DNA of 64,000 bases from an archaeon (GTDB taxonomy: Archaea; Nanobdellota; Nanobdellia; Woesearchaeales; SM23-78). A model generated the notes under the pieces. It was given only the letters and a program-made list of their open reading frames with translations, had not been told where the DNA came from and searched no databases. The stretch is from contig JAZDMG010000030.1 in assembly GCA_043801165.1 (NCBI GenBank), positions 1,025 through 65,024 of the forward strand, written 5' to 3'. Position numbers and translations under genes: made by a program. Below are positions 46,350 to 56,481 of this stretch, piece after piece. Each line of letters opens with the position of its first letter. The stretch's first letter is position 1.

Positions 46350-47690
46350 ATGGCAGAGCTATTTGGAACCGATGGAGTGCGCGGGGAAGTCAACAGGTAT
46401 CCTCTCACTCCAGAGATGATGGTGAAACTAGGGAAGGCTGCGGCAACAGTCTTTCGGAATAACAAAGAGAAGCACAGGATCCTGATAGGCAAGGACACGA
46501 GGATATCAGGCTACATCATCGAGACAGCCCTGACCGCAGGCATCTGTTCCATGGGTGTTGACATCCTGCTTGTCGGGCCATTGCCAACTCCTGCAGTTGC
46601 TTTCCTGGCCAAGGATCTTGAAGCTGATGCTGCCATCATGATAACCGCATCCCATAACCCTGCGCAGGACAATGGGATTAAGTTCTTCTCGCATGAAGGC
46701 CTGAAGCTTCCGGATAAGAAGGAGGAGGCAATCGAGAAGCTTACTCTCTCTGAAGATTTTGATTTTATCCCATATAACGAGCTTGGCAAGGCAAGAAGGA
46801 TAGACGATGCCAGGCGCAGATACATTGATTTCGCCAAGGCCACTGTCAAGAATGATCTCAAGGGCATCAAGCTTGTTGTTGATTGCGCCAACGGAGCAGC
46901 CTATGCCGTCGCCCCTGCCATCTTCTCTGAGCTGGGAGCTGAGACCACAGTCATCAATGATAAGCCCGATGGCTTGAACATAAACCTTGGCTGCGGAGCC
47001 CTGCACCCTGAAGTCGTCGCTGCGGCAGTGAAAGAGAGCAAGGCTGACATAGGGATCGCTGTTGACGGTGATGCTGACCGCCTTGTCGTCGTAGACGAGA
47101 ACGGAGAGATCCTTGATGGTGATGAGACTGTCGCGATCATCGCTGTCCATATGAAAAATGAGGGATCACTGAAAAAAGACACTGTCGTGACGACCATCAT
47201 GTCAAACCTCGGGTTTGAGCAGGCAATGAAGAAGAACAATATAAAACTGGTCCGCACAAACGTTGGCGACAGGTATGTTGTTGAAGAGATGAACCTGCAT
47301 GGCTATAACCTTGGGGGAGAGCAGTCTGGCCATATGATATTGTTCGATCACAATACGACCGGGGATGGGATCATATCCGCGTTGCAGGTATTGGAGATAA
47401 TGAAGAATACCGGCAAGAAGCTATCTGAACTTAAGAGATGCATGACCAAGCTGCCTCAGGTGCTTGAGAACATCAAGGTGAAGGCAAAGCCTCCCCTGGA
47501 ATCGCTTGAGAAGGTCACCCAGACCATCAAGGAAGTGGAGGATGAACTTGGCGGCAGAGGAAGGGTCCTTGTCAGGTATTCTGGGACAGAGAACAAATGC
47601 CGAGTCATGATTGAAGGAGAGGATTTCACTATTATAAAAGCGCAATGCAGAAAAATAATTGATGCTCTAAGAGAGGAAATCGGCGCATGA
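46350..47690 (+). CDS. glmM: Phosphoglucosamine mutase
   Basis: FGTDGVRG, TASHNP, DGDADR, GGEQSGH, RYSGTE. Confidence 0.95.
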   Translation: MAELFGTDGVRGEVNRYPLTPEMMVKLGKAAATVFRNNKEKHRILIGKDTRISGYIIETALTAGICSMGVDILLVGPLPTPAVAFLAKDLEADAAIMITASHNPAQDNGIKFFSHEGLKLPDKKEEAIEKLTLSEDFDFIPYNELGKARRIDDARRRYIDFAKATVKNDLKGIKLVVDCANGAAYAVAPAIFSELGAETTVINDKPDGLNINLGCGALHPEVVAAAVKESKADIGIAVDGDADRLVVVDENGEILDGDETVAIIAVHMKNEGSLKKDTVVTTIMSNLGFEQAMKKNNIKLVRTNVGDRYVVEEMNLHGYNLGGEQSGHMILFDHNTTGDGIISALQVLEIMKNTGKKLSELKRCMTKLPQVLENIKVKAKPPLESLEKVTQTIKEVEDELGGRGRVLVRYSGTENKCRVMIEGEDFTIIKAQCRKIIDALREEIGA

Positions 47691-47722
47691 TTGCGCGTAA
47701 ATAACCTAAAAACTTAGCAAAG

Positions 47723-48463
47723 GTGATGATTATGACTGAAAAGCCAGAAGAGCTAATGCTTGATTATTATTTTGATGACATGGATGCCTGCCCGTGCAAG
47801 GCAGCATTCGAGAACATAGACTATATCTGGGACGCGCTGAAGAACAAGAAGCATCTCCTCGATCTCAAGGAGAGCGTGATTCACGGCAAGCTCGATGAGA
47901 CCGTCAAGATAATCGGCCATGTCAAGATAGGTAAAGGCACTGTGATTGAGTCTAATGTCGTGATCGAAGGGCCTGTCATCATAGGAGAGAATGTCACCAT
48001 AAGGCCAAATGCCCTGATAAGGCCAGGCTGCATAATCGGCAATGAAGTGGTAATCGGCCATTCTACCGAGGTCAAGAACGTGATCGCTTTCAACGAGGTG
48101 AAGATGGCTTCGCACACATTTGTCGGCGATACGATACTGGGAAAAGGAGCCAGGATAGGCTCAGGCACAATAATTGGCAACAGGCGCTTTGACCAGAAGA
48201 CAGCAAAGGTCAGGATAAAGGATCATGTGATCGATGTCGGAGTCGAGAAGTACGGCGGAATAATCGGAGAATATGTGCGCCTAGGCGCCAACTGCTCAAC
48301 CAGCCCAGGGATGATGATAGGTAAGCATACTTGGGTCTATGCCGGTGTGCTTGTGCAGGGATTCATCCCAAAAGAGAGCCTTGTCAAGCTCAGGCAGGCG
48401 ATTGAGATTGTCCACAAAGACAAGATGGAGCTGTCAAGGACTGATGACGAGGGGCATATATAA
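47723..48463 (+). CDS. Left-handed beta-helix acetyltransferase (archaeal GlmU C-terminal half)
   Basis: Hexapeptide repeats, IEGPVIIG, EVKN, HTFVGD, GNRRFD, KYGGIIG; no nucleotidyltransferase domain; sits between glmM and glmS. Confidence 0.8.
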   Translation: MMIMTEKPEELMLDYYFDDMDACPCKAAFENIDYIWDALKNKKHLLDLKESVIHGKLDETVKIIGHVKIGKGTVIESNVVIEGPVIIGENVTIRPNALIRPGCIIGNEVVIGHSTEVKNVIAFNEVKMASHTFVGDTILGKGARIGSGTIIGNRRFDQKTAKVRIKDHVIDVGVEKYGGIIGEYVRLGANCSTSPGMMIGKHTWVYAGVLVQGFIPKESLVKLRQAIEIVHKDKMELSRTDDEGHI

Positions 48464-50199
48464 TGTGCGGCATAATAGGAATCGCTTCAAAGAAAGAATT
48501 CTATTCTAATCTACTGCTCGAGAGGCTGAAGAGGCTCGAGTACCGAGGATATGATTCCTACGGATACTATGATTCTGCTGACCTGAAGAAGAACCTCGGC
48601 GAGATAGCCATAGCCGGCGAGAGGCAGACCAAGGTCGGCATAGCCCACACAAGATGGGCCACCCACGGCGGAGTCACATTGGAGAACGCGCATCCGCACA
48701 TCTCATGCGACGGCAACATAATAGTGGCTCACAACGGCATAATAGAGAACTTCCAGAAGATGAAGGACGAGATGATCAAGAAAGGCCATAGGTTCATCTC
48801 CCAGACAGACTCTGAAGTCGTAGCCCATTATTTTGAGGAGAACCTCAAGCACTCAGCCTCAGAGGCTGATGTCAAGAAGATAATAATCAGGTTCTTCAGG
48901 GAAGCAGAGGGGACTTTCGCGATCCTGCTGATGGTCAAAGGCCATGATGAGATATATGCGTTGAAGAGGGATTCTCCGCTGGTGCTGGGGCTTTGCGACG
49001 GGATGCATATGCTCGCCTCAGACATATATGCTTTCTCAGACAAGACAGACAAGGCGATATTCTTTGAGAACGATGAGTTCGCAGTTGTCAAGGATGACGG
49101 CTATGAATTCTTTGACAAGAACGGGAAGAAGAAAGGCAAAGAGATCAAGAAATTCATCTGGAAGCAGGAGGAATCCCAGAAAAAAGAGTACAAGCACTAC
49201 ATGCTCAAGGAGATCGAGGAAGAGCCTGCTGTCGTGAAAAGACTGCTATTCTCCCTTGACAATGACCAGAAGAAAGAATTCGACAGGCTGATAGGCCTGA
49301 TAAAGAAGACCAAGAAGATAATCTTCGCAGCATCAGGAACATCATACCATGCATCATTGCTAGGCGCCTATTACCTGCACAAGGCAGGAGTGGAGACCCA
49401 GACATTGATCGCCTCCGAGTTCAGGCATTTCGCTAATATCGACGAGCATACACTTGTCATCGCACTGAGCCAGAGCGGAGAGACAATGGACGTCATCGAC
49501 GCCCTGAAATACGCCAAGGAGCGCAAGGCAAGGATTGCCAGCATCGTCAATGTGCCTTATTCAACGATACAGCGCATGGGAGAGCTCTCCTTGAACATCG
49601 TCGCAGGCCAGGAAGTCTGTGTGGCAAGCACAAAGGCATTCGTGAACCAGGCGACACTGCTGCTGAGGATTGCCCAGGAGTTCGGCTACAAGGTGAACCT
49701 GACCAATCTTGCTGACAAGATAAAGGATTTGATCGGGCAGAAAGAGAGGATAAAGCAGATAGCCGAAGGCATGGCAAGCTCAAAGGATGCCTACATCATC
49801 GGCAGAGGATTGACTTATCCTATCGCGAGGGAGATAGCCCTGAAGATAAAGGAGATAAGTTACATCCACGCAGAAGGCATGATGGGCGGAGAGCTGAAGC
49901 ACGGGACTATGGCGTTGATTGAGAAAGGCACACCTGTGATAAGCCTGATAAATAATTCTGACCCTGACATGATCTCGAACACAAGAGAGGTTGAGGCTCG
50001 AGGGGCGAAGATAATAGTCATCACCAATAACAAAGAGGTCAAAGAGGACAACACAATAACGGTCAACACAGGCAACGATGGCAAGTTCGGGATACTTGCC
50101 GCGGTAGCAGGGCAGTTCATAGCTTATTATGTCGCAGATGCGCTGGGAAGGCCGATAGACAAGCCGAGAAACTTGGCCAAATCGGTCACTGTCAAGTAG
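48463..50199 (+). CDS. glmS: Glutamine--fructose-6-phosphate aminotransferase
   Basis: MCGIIG, HTRWATHG, SQSGET, ELKHG, PRNLAKSVTV. Confidence 0.96.
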   Translation: MCGIIGIASKKEFYSNLLLERLKRLEYRGYDSYGYYDSADLKKNLGEIAIAGERQTKVGIAHTRWATHGGVTLENAHPHISCDGNIIVAHNGIIENFQKMKDEMIKKGHRFISQTDSEVVAHYFEENLKHSASEADVKKIIIRFFREAEGTFAILLMVKGHDEIYALKRDSPLVLGLCDGMHMLASDIYAFSDKTDKAIFFENDEFAVVKDDGYEFFDKNGKKKGKEIKKFIWKQEESQKKEYKHYMLKEIEEEPAVVKRLLFSLDNDQKKEFDRLIGLIKKTKKIIFAASGTSYHASLLGAYYLHKAGVETQTLIASEFRHFANIDEHTLVIALSQSGETMDVIDALKYAKERKARIASIVNVPYSTIQRMGELSLNIVAGQEVCVASTKAFVNQATLLLRIAQEFGYKVNLTNLADKIKDLIGQKERIKQIAEGMASSKDAYIIGRGLTYPIAREIALKIKEISYIHAEGMMGGELKHGTMALIEKGTPVISLINNSDPDMISNTREVEARGAKIIVITNNKEVKEDNTITVNTGNDGKFGILAAVAGQFIAYYVADALGRPIDKPRNLAKSVTVK

Positions 50200-50211
50200 A
50201 ATTGAAGATTA

Positions 50212-50562
50212 TCAATGTTTCCTGTAGCCGAATCGTTTGTTGTATTTCTTGTGATTTATTATCTCAACTATTAGAGCGATAATCTCGATTCTATTTTCTC
50301 CTTCACCCACTGAATAGAGCATTCTCCAGAACAACGGAAGCTCGATTCTGAACAGGTTTTTTGCGTTATAAACTTCTTTGTAGAATTCTGGTATCAGCTT
50401 CTTAGGAATATTGACTCCATAATGCCGGTCTAGCTTGATTAGCTCGATTTTTTCTCTTATTGCATCAAAGAGCATCCTTTCCTTTTTGGATGATAGGGAT
50501 TTCTCTGCGATGAAATCGAACACTTTCTTTGCTTCATCTGAAAAATCAATCTTAACATTCAT
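50212..50562 (-). CDS. RelE/ParE-like toxin (DPANN-type)
   Basis: IPKKLIPEFY...NLFRIELPLFWRMLYS...NHKKYNKRFGY. Confidence 0.65.
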   Translation of the reverse strand: MNVKIDFSDEAKKVFDFIAEKSLSSKKERMLFDAIREKIELIKLDRHYGVNIPKKLIPEFYKEVYNAKNLFRIELPLFWRMLYSVGEGENRIEIIALIVEIINHKKYNKRFGYRKH

Positions 50563-50570
50563 TATCGAGG

Positions 50571-50918
50571 TTAAGAATCAGTCTTTAATAAGCCTCTCCT
50601 CTTTAAATCCGCGATAATGTCATCGTAGTTGTGGGATTTTCGGATTGCCTCTTTCCATTTAGGACTGTCATTCACAAGCCAGACAATCCCTTTCACACTG
50701 AAAAGTATCTTATTGCTCTTCTCAAGATAATCAAGGACTTCTATCAACGTGTTATGGTTGACCTGCTTTGGAAGGATCTTCTTCAGCTTAGAGACCTTGA
50801 TGATACTGTCATCCATGTTCTCCAAAGCATCTTCCACCATCCTGATGGTGCTGAGCCTGGGCGAGGGAATATGTTTGGCCTTGGTCGGTTTCTTCTTTGT
50901 TTTGTTCATGTCAATCAC
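50571..50918 (-). CDS. Winged-helix protein, putative antitoxin
   Basis: SPRLSTIRMVE...KVSKLKKILPKQVNHNTLIEVLDYL; 8 nt upstream of RelE-like gene. Confidence 0.65.
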   Translation of the reverse strand: MIDMNKTKKKPTKAKHIPSPRLSTIRMVEDALENMDDSIIKVSKLKKILPKQVNHNTLIEVLDYLEKSNKILFSVKGIVWLVNDSPKWKEAIRKSHNYDDIIADLKRRGLLKTDS

Positions 50919-50958
50919 AGATTGATACTGATTGATAACAGATAGATATTAATCAGTA
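50911..50958. promoter_or_regulatory. Repeated ATTGATA operator-like array
   Basis: attgatactg/attgataacag/atagatatt at about 10-bp periodicity between TATA and start codon. Confidence 0.5.
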
Positions 50959-50994
50959 TATAAATGTTGCGGCTTAAGAAACTCTGTTTAATTT

Positions 50995-53900
50995 TCACTT
51001 TTCCTTCTTCAGGTCTTTCTTGACTGTCTTCTCGTCCCATCCTGCTCTTTCCAGATCCTGCTCCACCTGCTCTTTTGTCTTTCCGGCTGCTTTTTGGTCT
51101 GAGTAGTAGTTGTCTATCATCGCTTCCTTTAACACAGATTCAATCTCTTTTCTTGGTATGTTCTTGCTTGTGAGGTCACTGATTATCTGTTCTTTCGTGT
51201 ATTTTTTCTTCAGCTGATAGCGGGTGTATGTGACAAGGGATTCGTGGTTCCTCATTTTTGGGATGATAATCATGGTTGATGCCGCAATCCCCCCTAGGAG
51301 TATTATTCCCGCAAGTATTATTAGTATTACTGGAAGGATTCCTGCTTTGCCCGCTTCACCAGTCCCAGTTACTGTTTCCTCAGCGGATGTTCTCTCTGCC
51401 GCCTCTTCCCCGTACGCCGTTCCATCGCCCTGCTGCGAAGAAATCTCTGCGCTAGCTTCAGTGGTTTCTATAGGATTGAGTGCTGTGCTGCTATCATATC
51501 CCTCTGTCACCGGCTCTTCAGGTGCTGTCGGTTCTGGCTCAGGTTCAACCCATCCTCCTCCACCACTGCCACCGCCTCCTCCGCCGCCTGTGCTTCCGCA
51601 TGATGCTGCAGTTGTTATTTCGTATTCTGCTGTGCAGTTGGTGATTGTGCATGTCCTTGTCTTGACTTTATTTATGCATTCGCCGTATTCTCCGCAAGCC
51701 ATGGTCTCATTGCATTCTTCAGCGCATTCATCGCAATCGGTGCTGCTGCACTCCAGCTCTCCGTCGCAGTCAGAGTCGCAGTAGTATCCTTTGATCATGC
51801 AATCAACCCACACTCCCTCAGTGCAATTCTGGATTCCTAGGCATCCTTCTTGGGTTTCACAGCTCCTTTCAATCCCTGCGGTGCATGTGCATCCTTCATC
51901 TGTTGTTCCGTCGCAGTTGTTGTCTTTGCTGTCGCAGGTTTCGTCCGCGGGAGTCACTTCGCCGATGCAGGAACCCCATTGTCCTGCCGTACAAGTTTGG
52001 TTTCCTGGTTTGCAGGTTCCTATGCTGCTCCCGCATGTTCTTTTCTGTCCTGTTGTGCATGCGCAGTTCTCATTGGATGTTCCATCGCAATCCTCGTCCA
52101 GAAGGCCTGCATCGCACACCTCGATAGAAGGGTTGATTACCGTGGCATCGCAAACAGTGCCGGTTTTGTTTTGTGCGCAGATATAGATTCCTGCACTTCT
52201 GCATTCTCCAATCCCTATGCTGCATGCTTGATTCTTGTTAGTGAAGATTTCATCGGTGGCGCCGTCGCAGTCGTTGTCTAGGTTATCACATAGTTCGTTG
52301 GCCGAGTCTTTTGACCCTACGCACGTTCCCCATGTTCCTGAGATGCATGTTTGTGTTCCATTCCTGCACTCGCCTATGTTGCTACCGCAAGTTTTTGTAG
52401 CGCCATCGGTACATGCGCAGCTTTCGTCGACGCTACCATCGCAGTTGTTGTCTTTGTTGTCGCATGTCTCGGTCTGAGGCAGCTTAGAGCAGATACCCCA
52501 GACTCCTGCAGCGCAAGTCTTGTTGCTGCCAAGACAAACTCCGATTTGGTTGCATCCTGTTATGTTGAATAGGCTCTCATCCTTAACACTATCACAATCA
52601 TTATCCAGATTATCGCAAACCTCAGCCTGAGGAAGCTTCGAACAAGCACCCCACCCTCCTGCTGTGCATGTCTTGTTGCTTCCAGAACACAATCCTAATT
52701 GCAAACAACCAGTAGAATTAAACAGGCCCTCATCCTTTGTTCCATCACAATCATTATCCAGATTATCACAGATATCAGTCACAGGAGTCACTTGTCCGAC
52801 GCATGAGTCCCAGACGCCGGCAATGCATGTCTTGGTACCATTGTGACACAAGCCAATATTCAGTGTGCCCGTGGCTCCGGTATAGCAGCTGGCTTTTGAG
52901 CCGCTCACGCAACCGCACGCAGCGCAAGGAGTGCTGCTGCATGTCTCTGGAGTGCCGTCGCAATTGCTGTCGCAATAATTCTGGTTGGAAATACAAGCTC
53001 CCCAGACTCCTGCCGAGCAGGTCTGAGTGCCTGCGCAGCTATTCGTTGCTGTGCAATTCCTTGTCTGACCATTAGTGCAGTCTGTCTTCGTAGAAACTTC
53101 AATAGCGGTTACGGAATAGGCCGGGAATGTATATATGAATGATTGACCTGTTATATCGAAAGTCACCGGTTGTATCGCAGCGATGGAGCTCGTCACATTA
53201 TCTGGATTTATCTGGACACCGTTGATATTCGCTCCTTCGGTGTCGTTGAGCCTTGGAGCAGTCAATAAATAGGCTTCGCCTTTAAGATTTGGTCTATTGA
53301 AACCGTTAAGATTTATTGATAATGCCTTGTTTGCAGGTCCTCTGTTCACAATCAGCAGATAAATCTTGTTGCCGTCGTCTGATTTTGAGCTGAACGCAGA
53401 AACGTTCAGTTCATATGGAGAAAAGGAGGCGGTCAGATTCAATACTTTAGTGCCGTAATGGTTTGCGAACAGGAAAAAAGTATAGTAGGGCGAGCGGGGC
53501 TTATTCTTGCTGGTGATCATGCCGCCGATGTCACCGAACAGCCACCACCTGGTTGATAGTTCCACGTCGTGATTTGCCATCATCCCCAGCATATTGGCTG
53601 TCCATATGGCGTCTGCAAAAGCACCGTTTATCGTCGGGCATTGGGAGCCGCACGCACCGTATTCGCTCAGCGAAAGCTTGGCATTACTATTATAAGTATT
53701 GGCCAATGATTTTAATGAATCCAACCTAATTTCAAACCCCTTAAGATCAGTTTCATAGTTTAGATAAGTATAATTCTCATCGCCATCAAATTTTAACAAT
53801 TGATTGATGACGTCAGTCGGTTCCGCACTAAAACGATAATGATGAACATCGAGAATATTGACTTTAGACCTTTGATTGCTCATTAAAGCCGATGTCAATT

Positions 53901-55179
53901 CATCCACTAAGGAGCCGGGTGAAAGCACCTCTATGCTGGAGTCGACTGCTTTTATAGCAGAGTAATATTCCCCGAAACGGGCAGCATATTTTTGCGAATC
54001 ATTCTCGGTCGGGTTCTTTCCCAGCCTTTCTATCCATCTGTACCTCCATACTTCAGGCTCATTCCCCATCTGCCAGTATTTCACATCATAGCCCTTCTCT
54101 ATGTTCATGTACTTGACCAGGTCTGCCTGCCTTTGCCGATTTTCAGCATCTCTTGAATCTCCCCAAGGATAGGCGCCGACGTTGATGGTTATCATTGGCT
54201 CTGCGTCCACGGCTCTTGCGAATCTCATGAAAGCATCAATATCAGAAGGAGTTATTATGTCTAGGTAAGGCGCTGGAGGCCACCAGACACCAGAGAATCC
54301 TCCGTCTGAAACCAGCTCATTTCCTCCTTGGACATTCACAAGGCTGATATTGTCCACTAATATTGTGCCTGTTCCGTATTGAAGCCCTGCGCGCAATTCG
54401 ATCCATTTGACTGTCTTGCCAGCGGTCGGGCTGTAAGTAAAGTTATTTGACATCTTGCGATTGGGAGTTGTTCCGTTGCCGACATATATCTTGGACGCCG
54501 AACTTGTTGTGCCGTCACTATAATAAATAATGATTTGAAGACCTTTTACGTGCCATGATTCCTGTGAGAGAGAGATGCTCCAGCCTTCAACATTGGCTGA
54601 TAAATTATATTTAACTCCTGGCGTGAGATCAGAAGGATTCAGGAATTGTCTTACAAAGTAATAATCGGTTTTCGCATCTCCGACAACCTTTACTCTGCCG
54701 TTATCTATTGATGTGCTGTTTATGGTTTCCCAGGTATACCTATACTTGACCCAATTGTTAGGCTGGCGCCTGGCCCAATAGAAAAAGTCGCTATGTACGC
54801 CTCCAGGATACCTCAACACTCCTGGGTTTATCGCGTCAGTAAGCGCTGTCAATCTTGAATTGTCGTAATCATTTATATCTTCCATAAACACCAGCATTGA
54901 CATCGGTCCCATGAATATGTTCTGGCCGTAAAGCTTGTTATCGATCTGGGCGATGACCTTGGTCGTGTCGACATTTATTGTGTAAGTAGGTGAAGCAGTC
55001 GCAAGCCCTGCTCTGTTCTCGTTAGAATAATCCTTGATAGGAGCGCGTCCAAGAATGCTTCCTGAACTATAAATCATAGCTATTATTGCAACCAGCGCTA
55101 CAGCTACCACCATCAGCAGGGCCTGCAATCCCTCTTGCTTTTCTCTTCTCTTGCCCGTCATATATCCCTTTGGAAGCAT
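50995..55179 (-). CDS. Membrane-anchored clan-A glycoside hydrolase (GH44/51/79-like) with CBM-like insert and Cys-rich stalk
   Basis: LRYPGG, WQMGNEPE (acid/base), LSEYG (nucleophile), C-terminal beta-sandwich; E.CD.LDNDCDG..DE repeats; N- and C-terminal hydrophobic helices. Confidence 0.8.
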   Translation of the reverse strand: MLPKGYMTGKRREKQEGLQALLMVVAVALVAIIAMIYSSGSILGRAPIKDYSNENRAGLATASPTYTINVDTTKVIAQIDNKLYGQNIFMGPMSMLVFMEDINDYDNSRLTALTDAINPGVLRYPGGVHSDFFYWARRQPNNWVKYRYTWETINSTSIDNGRVKVVGDAKTDYYFVRQFLNPSDLTPGVKYNLSANVEGWSISLSQESWHVKGLQIIIYYSDGTTSSASKIYVGNGTTPNRKMSNNFTYSPTAGKTVKWIELRAGLQYGTGTILVDNISLVNVQGGNELVSDGGFSGVWWPPAPYLDIITPSDIDAFMRFARAVDAEPMITINVGAYPWGDSRDAENRQRQADLVKYMNIEKGYDVKYWQMGNEPEVWRYRWIERLGKNPTENDSQKYAARFGEYYSAIKAVDSSIEVLSPGSLVDELTSALMSNQRSKVNILDVHHYRFSAEPTDVINQLLKFDGDENYTYLNYETDLKGFEIRLDSLKSLANTYNSNAKLSLSEYGACGSQCPTINGAFADAIWTANMLGMMANHDVELSTRWWLFGDIGGMITSKNKPRSPYYTFFLFANHYGTKVLNLTASFSPYELNVSAFSSKSDDGNKIYLLIVNRGPANKALSINLNGFNRPNLKGEAYLLTAPRLNDTEGANINGVQINPDNVTSSIAAIQPVTFDITGQSFIYTFPAYSVTAIEVSTKTDCTNGQTRNCTATNSCAGTQTCSAGVWGACISNQNYCDSNCDGTPETCSSTPCAACGCVSGSKASCYTGATGTLNIGLCHNGTKTCIAGVWDSCVGQVTPVTDICDNLDNDCDGTKDEGLFNSTGCLQLGLCSGSNKTCTAGGWGACSKLPQAEVCDNLDNDCDSVKDESLFNITGCNQIGVCLGSNKTCAAGVWGICSKLPQTETCDNKDNNCDGSVDESCACTDGATKTCGSNIGECRNGTQTCISGTWGTCVGSKDSANELCDNLDNDCDGATDEIFTNKNQACSIGIGECRSAGIYICAQNKTGTVCDATVINPSIEVCDAGLLDEDCDGTSNENCACTTGQKRTCGSSIGTCKPGNQTCTAGQWGSCIGEVTPADETCDSKDNNCDGTTDEGCTCTAGIERSCETQEGCLGIQNCTEGVWVDCMIKGYYCDSDCDGELECSSTDCDECAEECNETMACGEYGECINKVKTRTCTITNCTAEYEITTAASCGSTGGGGGGGSGGGGWVEPEPEPTAPEEPVTEGYDSSTALNPIETTEASAEISSQQGDGTAYGEEAAERTSAEETVTGTGEAGKAGILPVILIILAGIILLGGIAASTMIIIPKMRNHESLVTYTRYQLKKKYTKEQIISDLTSKNIPRKEIESVLKEAMIDNYYSDQKAAGKTKEQVEQDLERAGWDEKTVKKDLKKEK
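51600..53085 (-). repeat. Cys-rich CDxxDNDCDG (MopE-related/metal-binding type) repeats
   Basis: At least six CDxxDNxCDG-type units; two adjacent units are near-identical with a 153-bp period (atcacaatcattatccagattatc at 52591 and 52744). Confidence 0.88.
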
Positions 55180-55278
55180 TTATGCTAGCTTTATCCTGTC
55201 TTGGAGAATGTCATTTATAATTATTCTGTTTCCTAAACGGAAACTTTATATCTGAAAGGGGATAACTTGGCTTCCAAT

Positions 55279-56394
55279 ATGAAACAGGAAATAACATCCT
55301 TGGAGCTGCATTACCTTGTGAAAGAGCTGCAGCAGCTGGTCAGCGCCAGGATTGACAAGATCTTTGAGCAGGCCGATGACAAGAAAGAATTCCTTTTCGT
55401 CTTCCACAAGACAGGCTCTGGCAAGAGCATGCTGAGGATAAAGCTGCCGGGCGTCGTCTACTTGACAGAGTCAAAACAGGCATTCCCTGACACTCCGCCT
55501 GGCTTCTGCGTATTCCTGAGGAAGCATCTCGGCAACTCAAGGATCAAGGAGATTCGCCAGCACGGATTCGAGCGAATCCTTGAGATCGTCTTCGACACGA
55601 AGGAGGGAGACTCGATCCTTGTGTGCGAGCTCTTCAGCAAAGGCAACATAATCCTTGTCGAAGAGAACAGGCGCATAAAAGGCCTTCTTGAGTCCCAGAA
55701 CTGGGAATCTAGGACTGTCCGTGGAGGGACCATATATGAGTATCCTCCTGAACAGGTCAATACTCTCGGGATCAGCGCACCTGATTTCAACAAGATAATA
55801 ACATCGTCTGCCCTTGATTCGATAGTCAAGATATTGGCCATAGAGCTCGGGCTTGGAGGATTATATGCAGAGGAGCTCTGCCTGCGGGCAGGGATTGACA
55901 AGTCAAGGAAGCAGTTCAGCGAGGAGAAGCTGATGACTCTCTACAATGAGCTGAAGAAGTTGCTGGATGAGAAGATAAAGGCCAACCTTGTCGATGGTGA
56001 GATAGTGCCCTTTGAGATGATGCTCCATGCGCAGCATGAGAGGACGGATTTCGAGAGCTTCAACTCAGCGCTTGACTCTGTGCTCTCTGACAAGGTCGTC
56101 TCTGCGACCGAGCAGAAGGAGCAGAAAGAGAAGAAGACCAAGCATGATAAGGTCCGCGTGGTCATCGAGAAGCAGCAGGAGCGTCTCGCAGAGCTTGAGA
56201 AAGGCATCGTCGAGAACCAGCGCTCAGGAGAGGTCATCTATGAGCATTACCAGGAGATAAAGGAGCTGCTGGAGCAGTTCAATTCTGACAGGAAGAAGCT
56301 CGGCTGGGAAGAGCTGAAGAAGAGATACAAGGACCACAAGCTGGTCAAGGAGCTTGATGAGAAGAAAGGAAAAATCGTGATAGAGCTAAACTGA
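55279..56394 (+). CDS. rqc2: Rqc2/NFACT (FbpA-like) N-terminal half
   Basis: ITSLEL..LVKEL, PPGFCVFLRKHL, QHGFERI, ELFSKGNIIL, LGLGGLYAEE; ends before the NFACT-R domain. Confidence 0.85.
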   Translation: MKQEITSLELHYLVKELQQLVSARIDKIFEQADDKKEFLFVFHKTGSGKSMLRIKLPGVVYLTESKQAFPDTPPGFCVFLRKHLGNSRIKEIRQHGFERILEIVFDTKEGDSILVCELFSKGNIILVEENRRIKGLLESQNWESRTVRGGTIYEYPPEQVNTLGISAPDFNKIITSSALDSIVKILAIELGLGGLYAEELCLRAGIDKSRKQFSEEKLMTLYNELKKLLDEKIKANLVDGEIVPFEMMLHAQHERTDFESFNSALDSVLSDKVVSATEQKEQKEKKTKHDKVRVVIEKQQERLAELEKGIVENQRSGEVIYEHYQEIKELLEQFNSDRKKLGWEELKKRYKDHKLVKELDEKKGKIVIELN

Positions 56395-56481
56395 CGACGT
56401 TAAATGTTGACCGTGCTGCTTTTATCTCTCTAGAGTGAAAAAAACAAAGCTTTTATAAATTATCCTGCATTCTTTTTCTCT

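Noticed and set aside
51224-53102. Cluster of small plus-strand ORFs
   Set aside because: Antisense to the Cys-rich repeats of the 1394-aa protein
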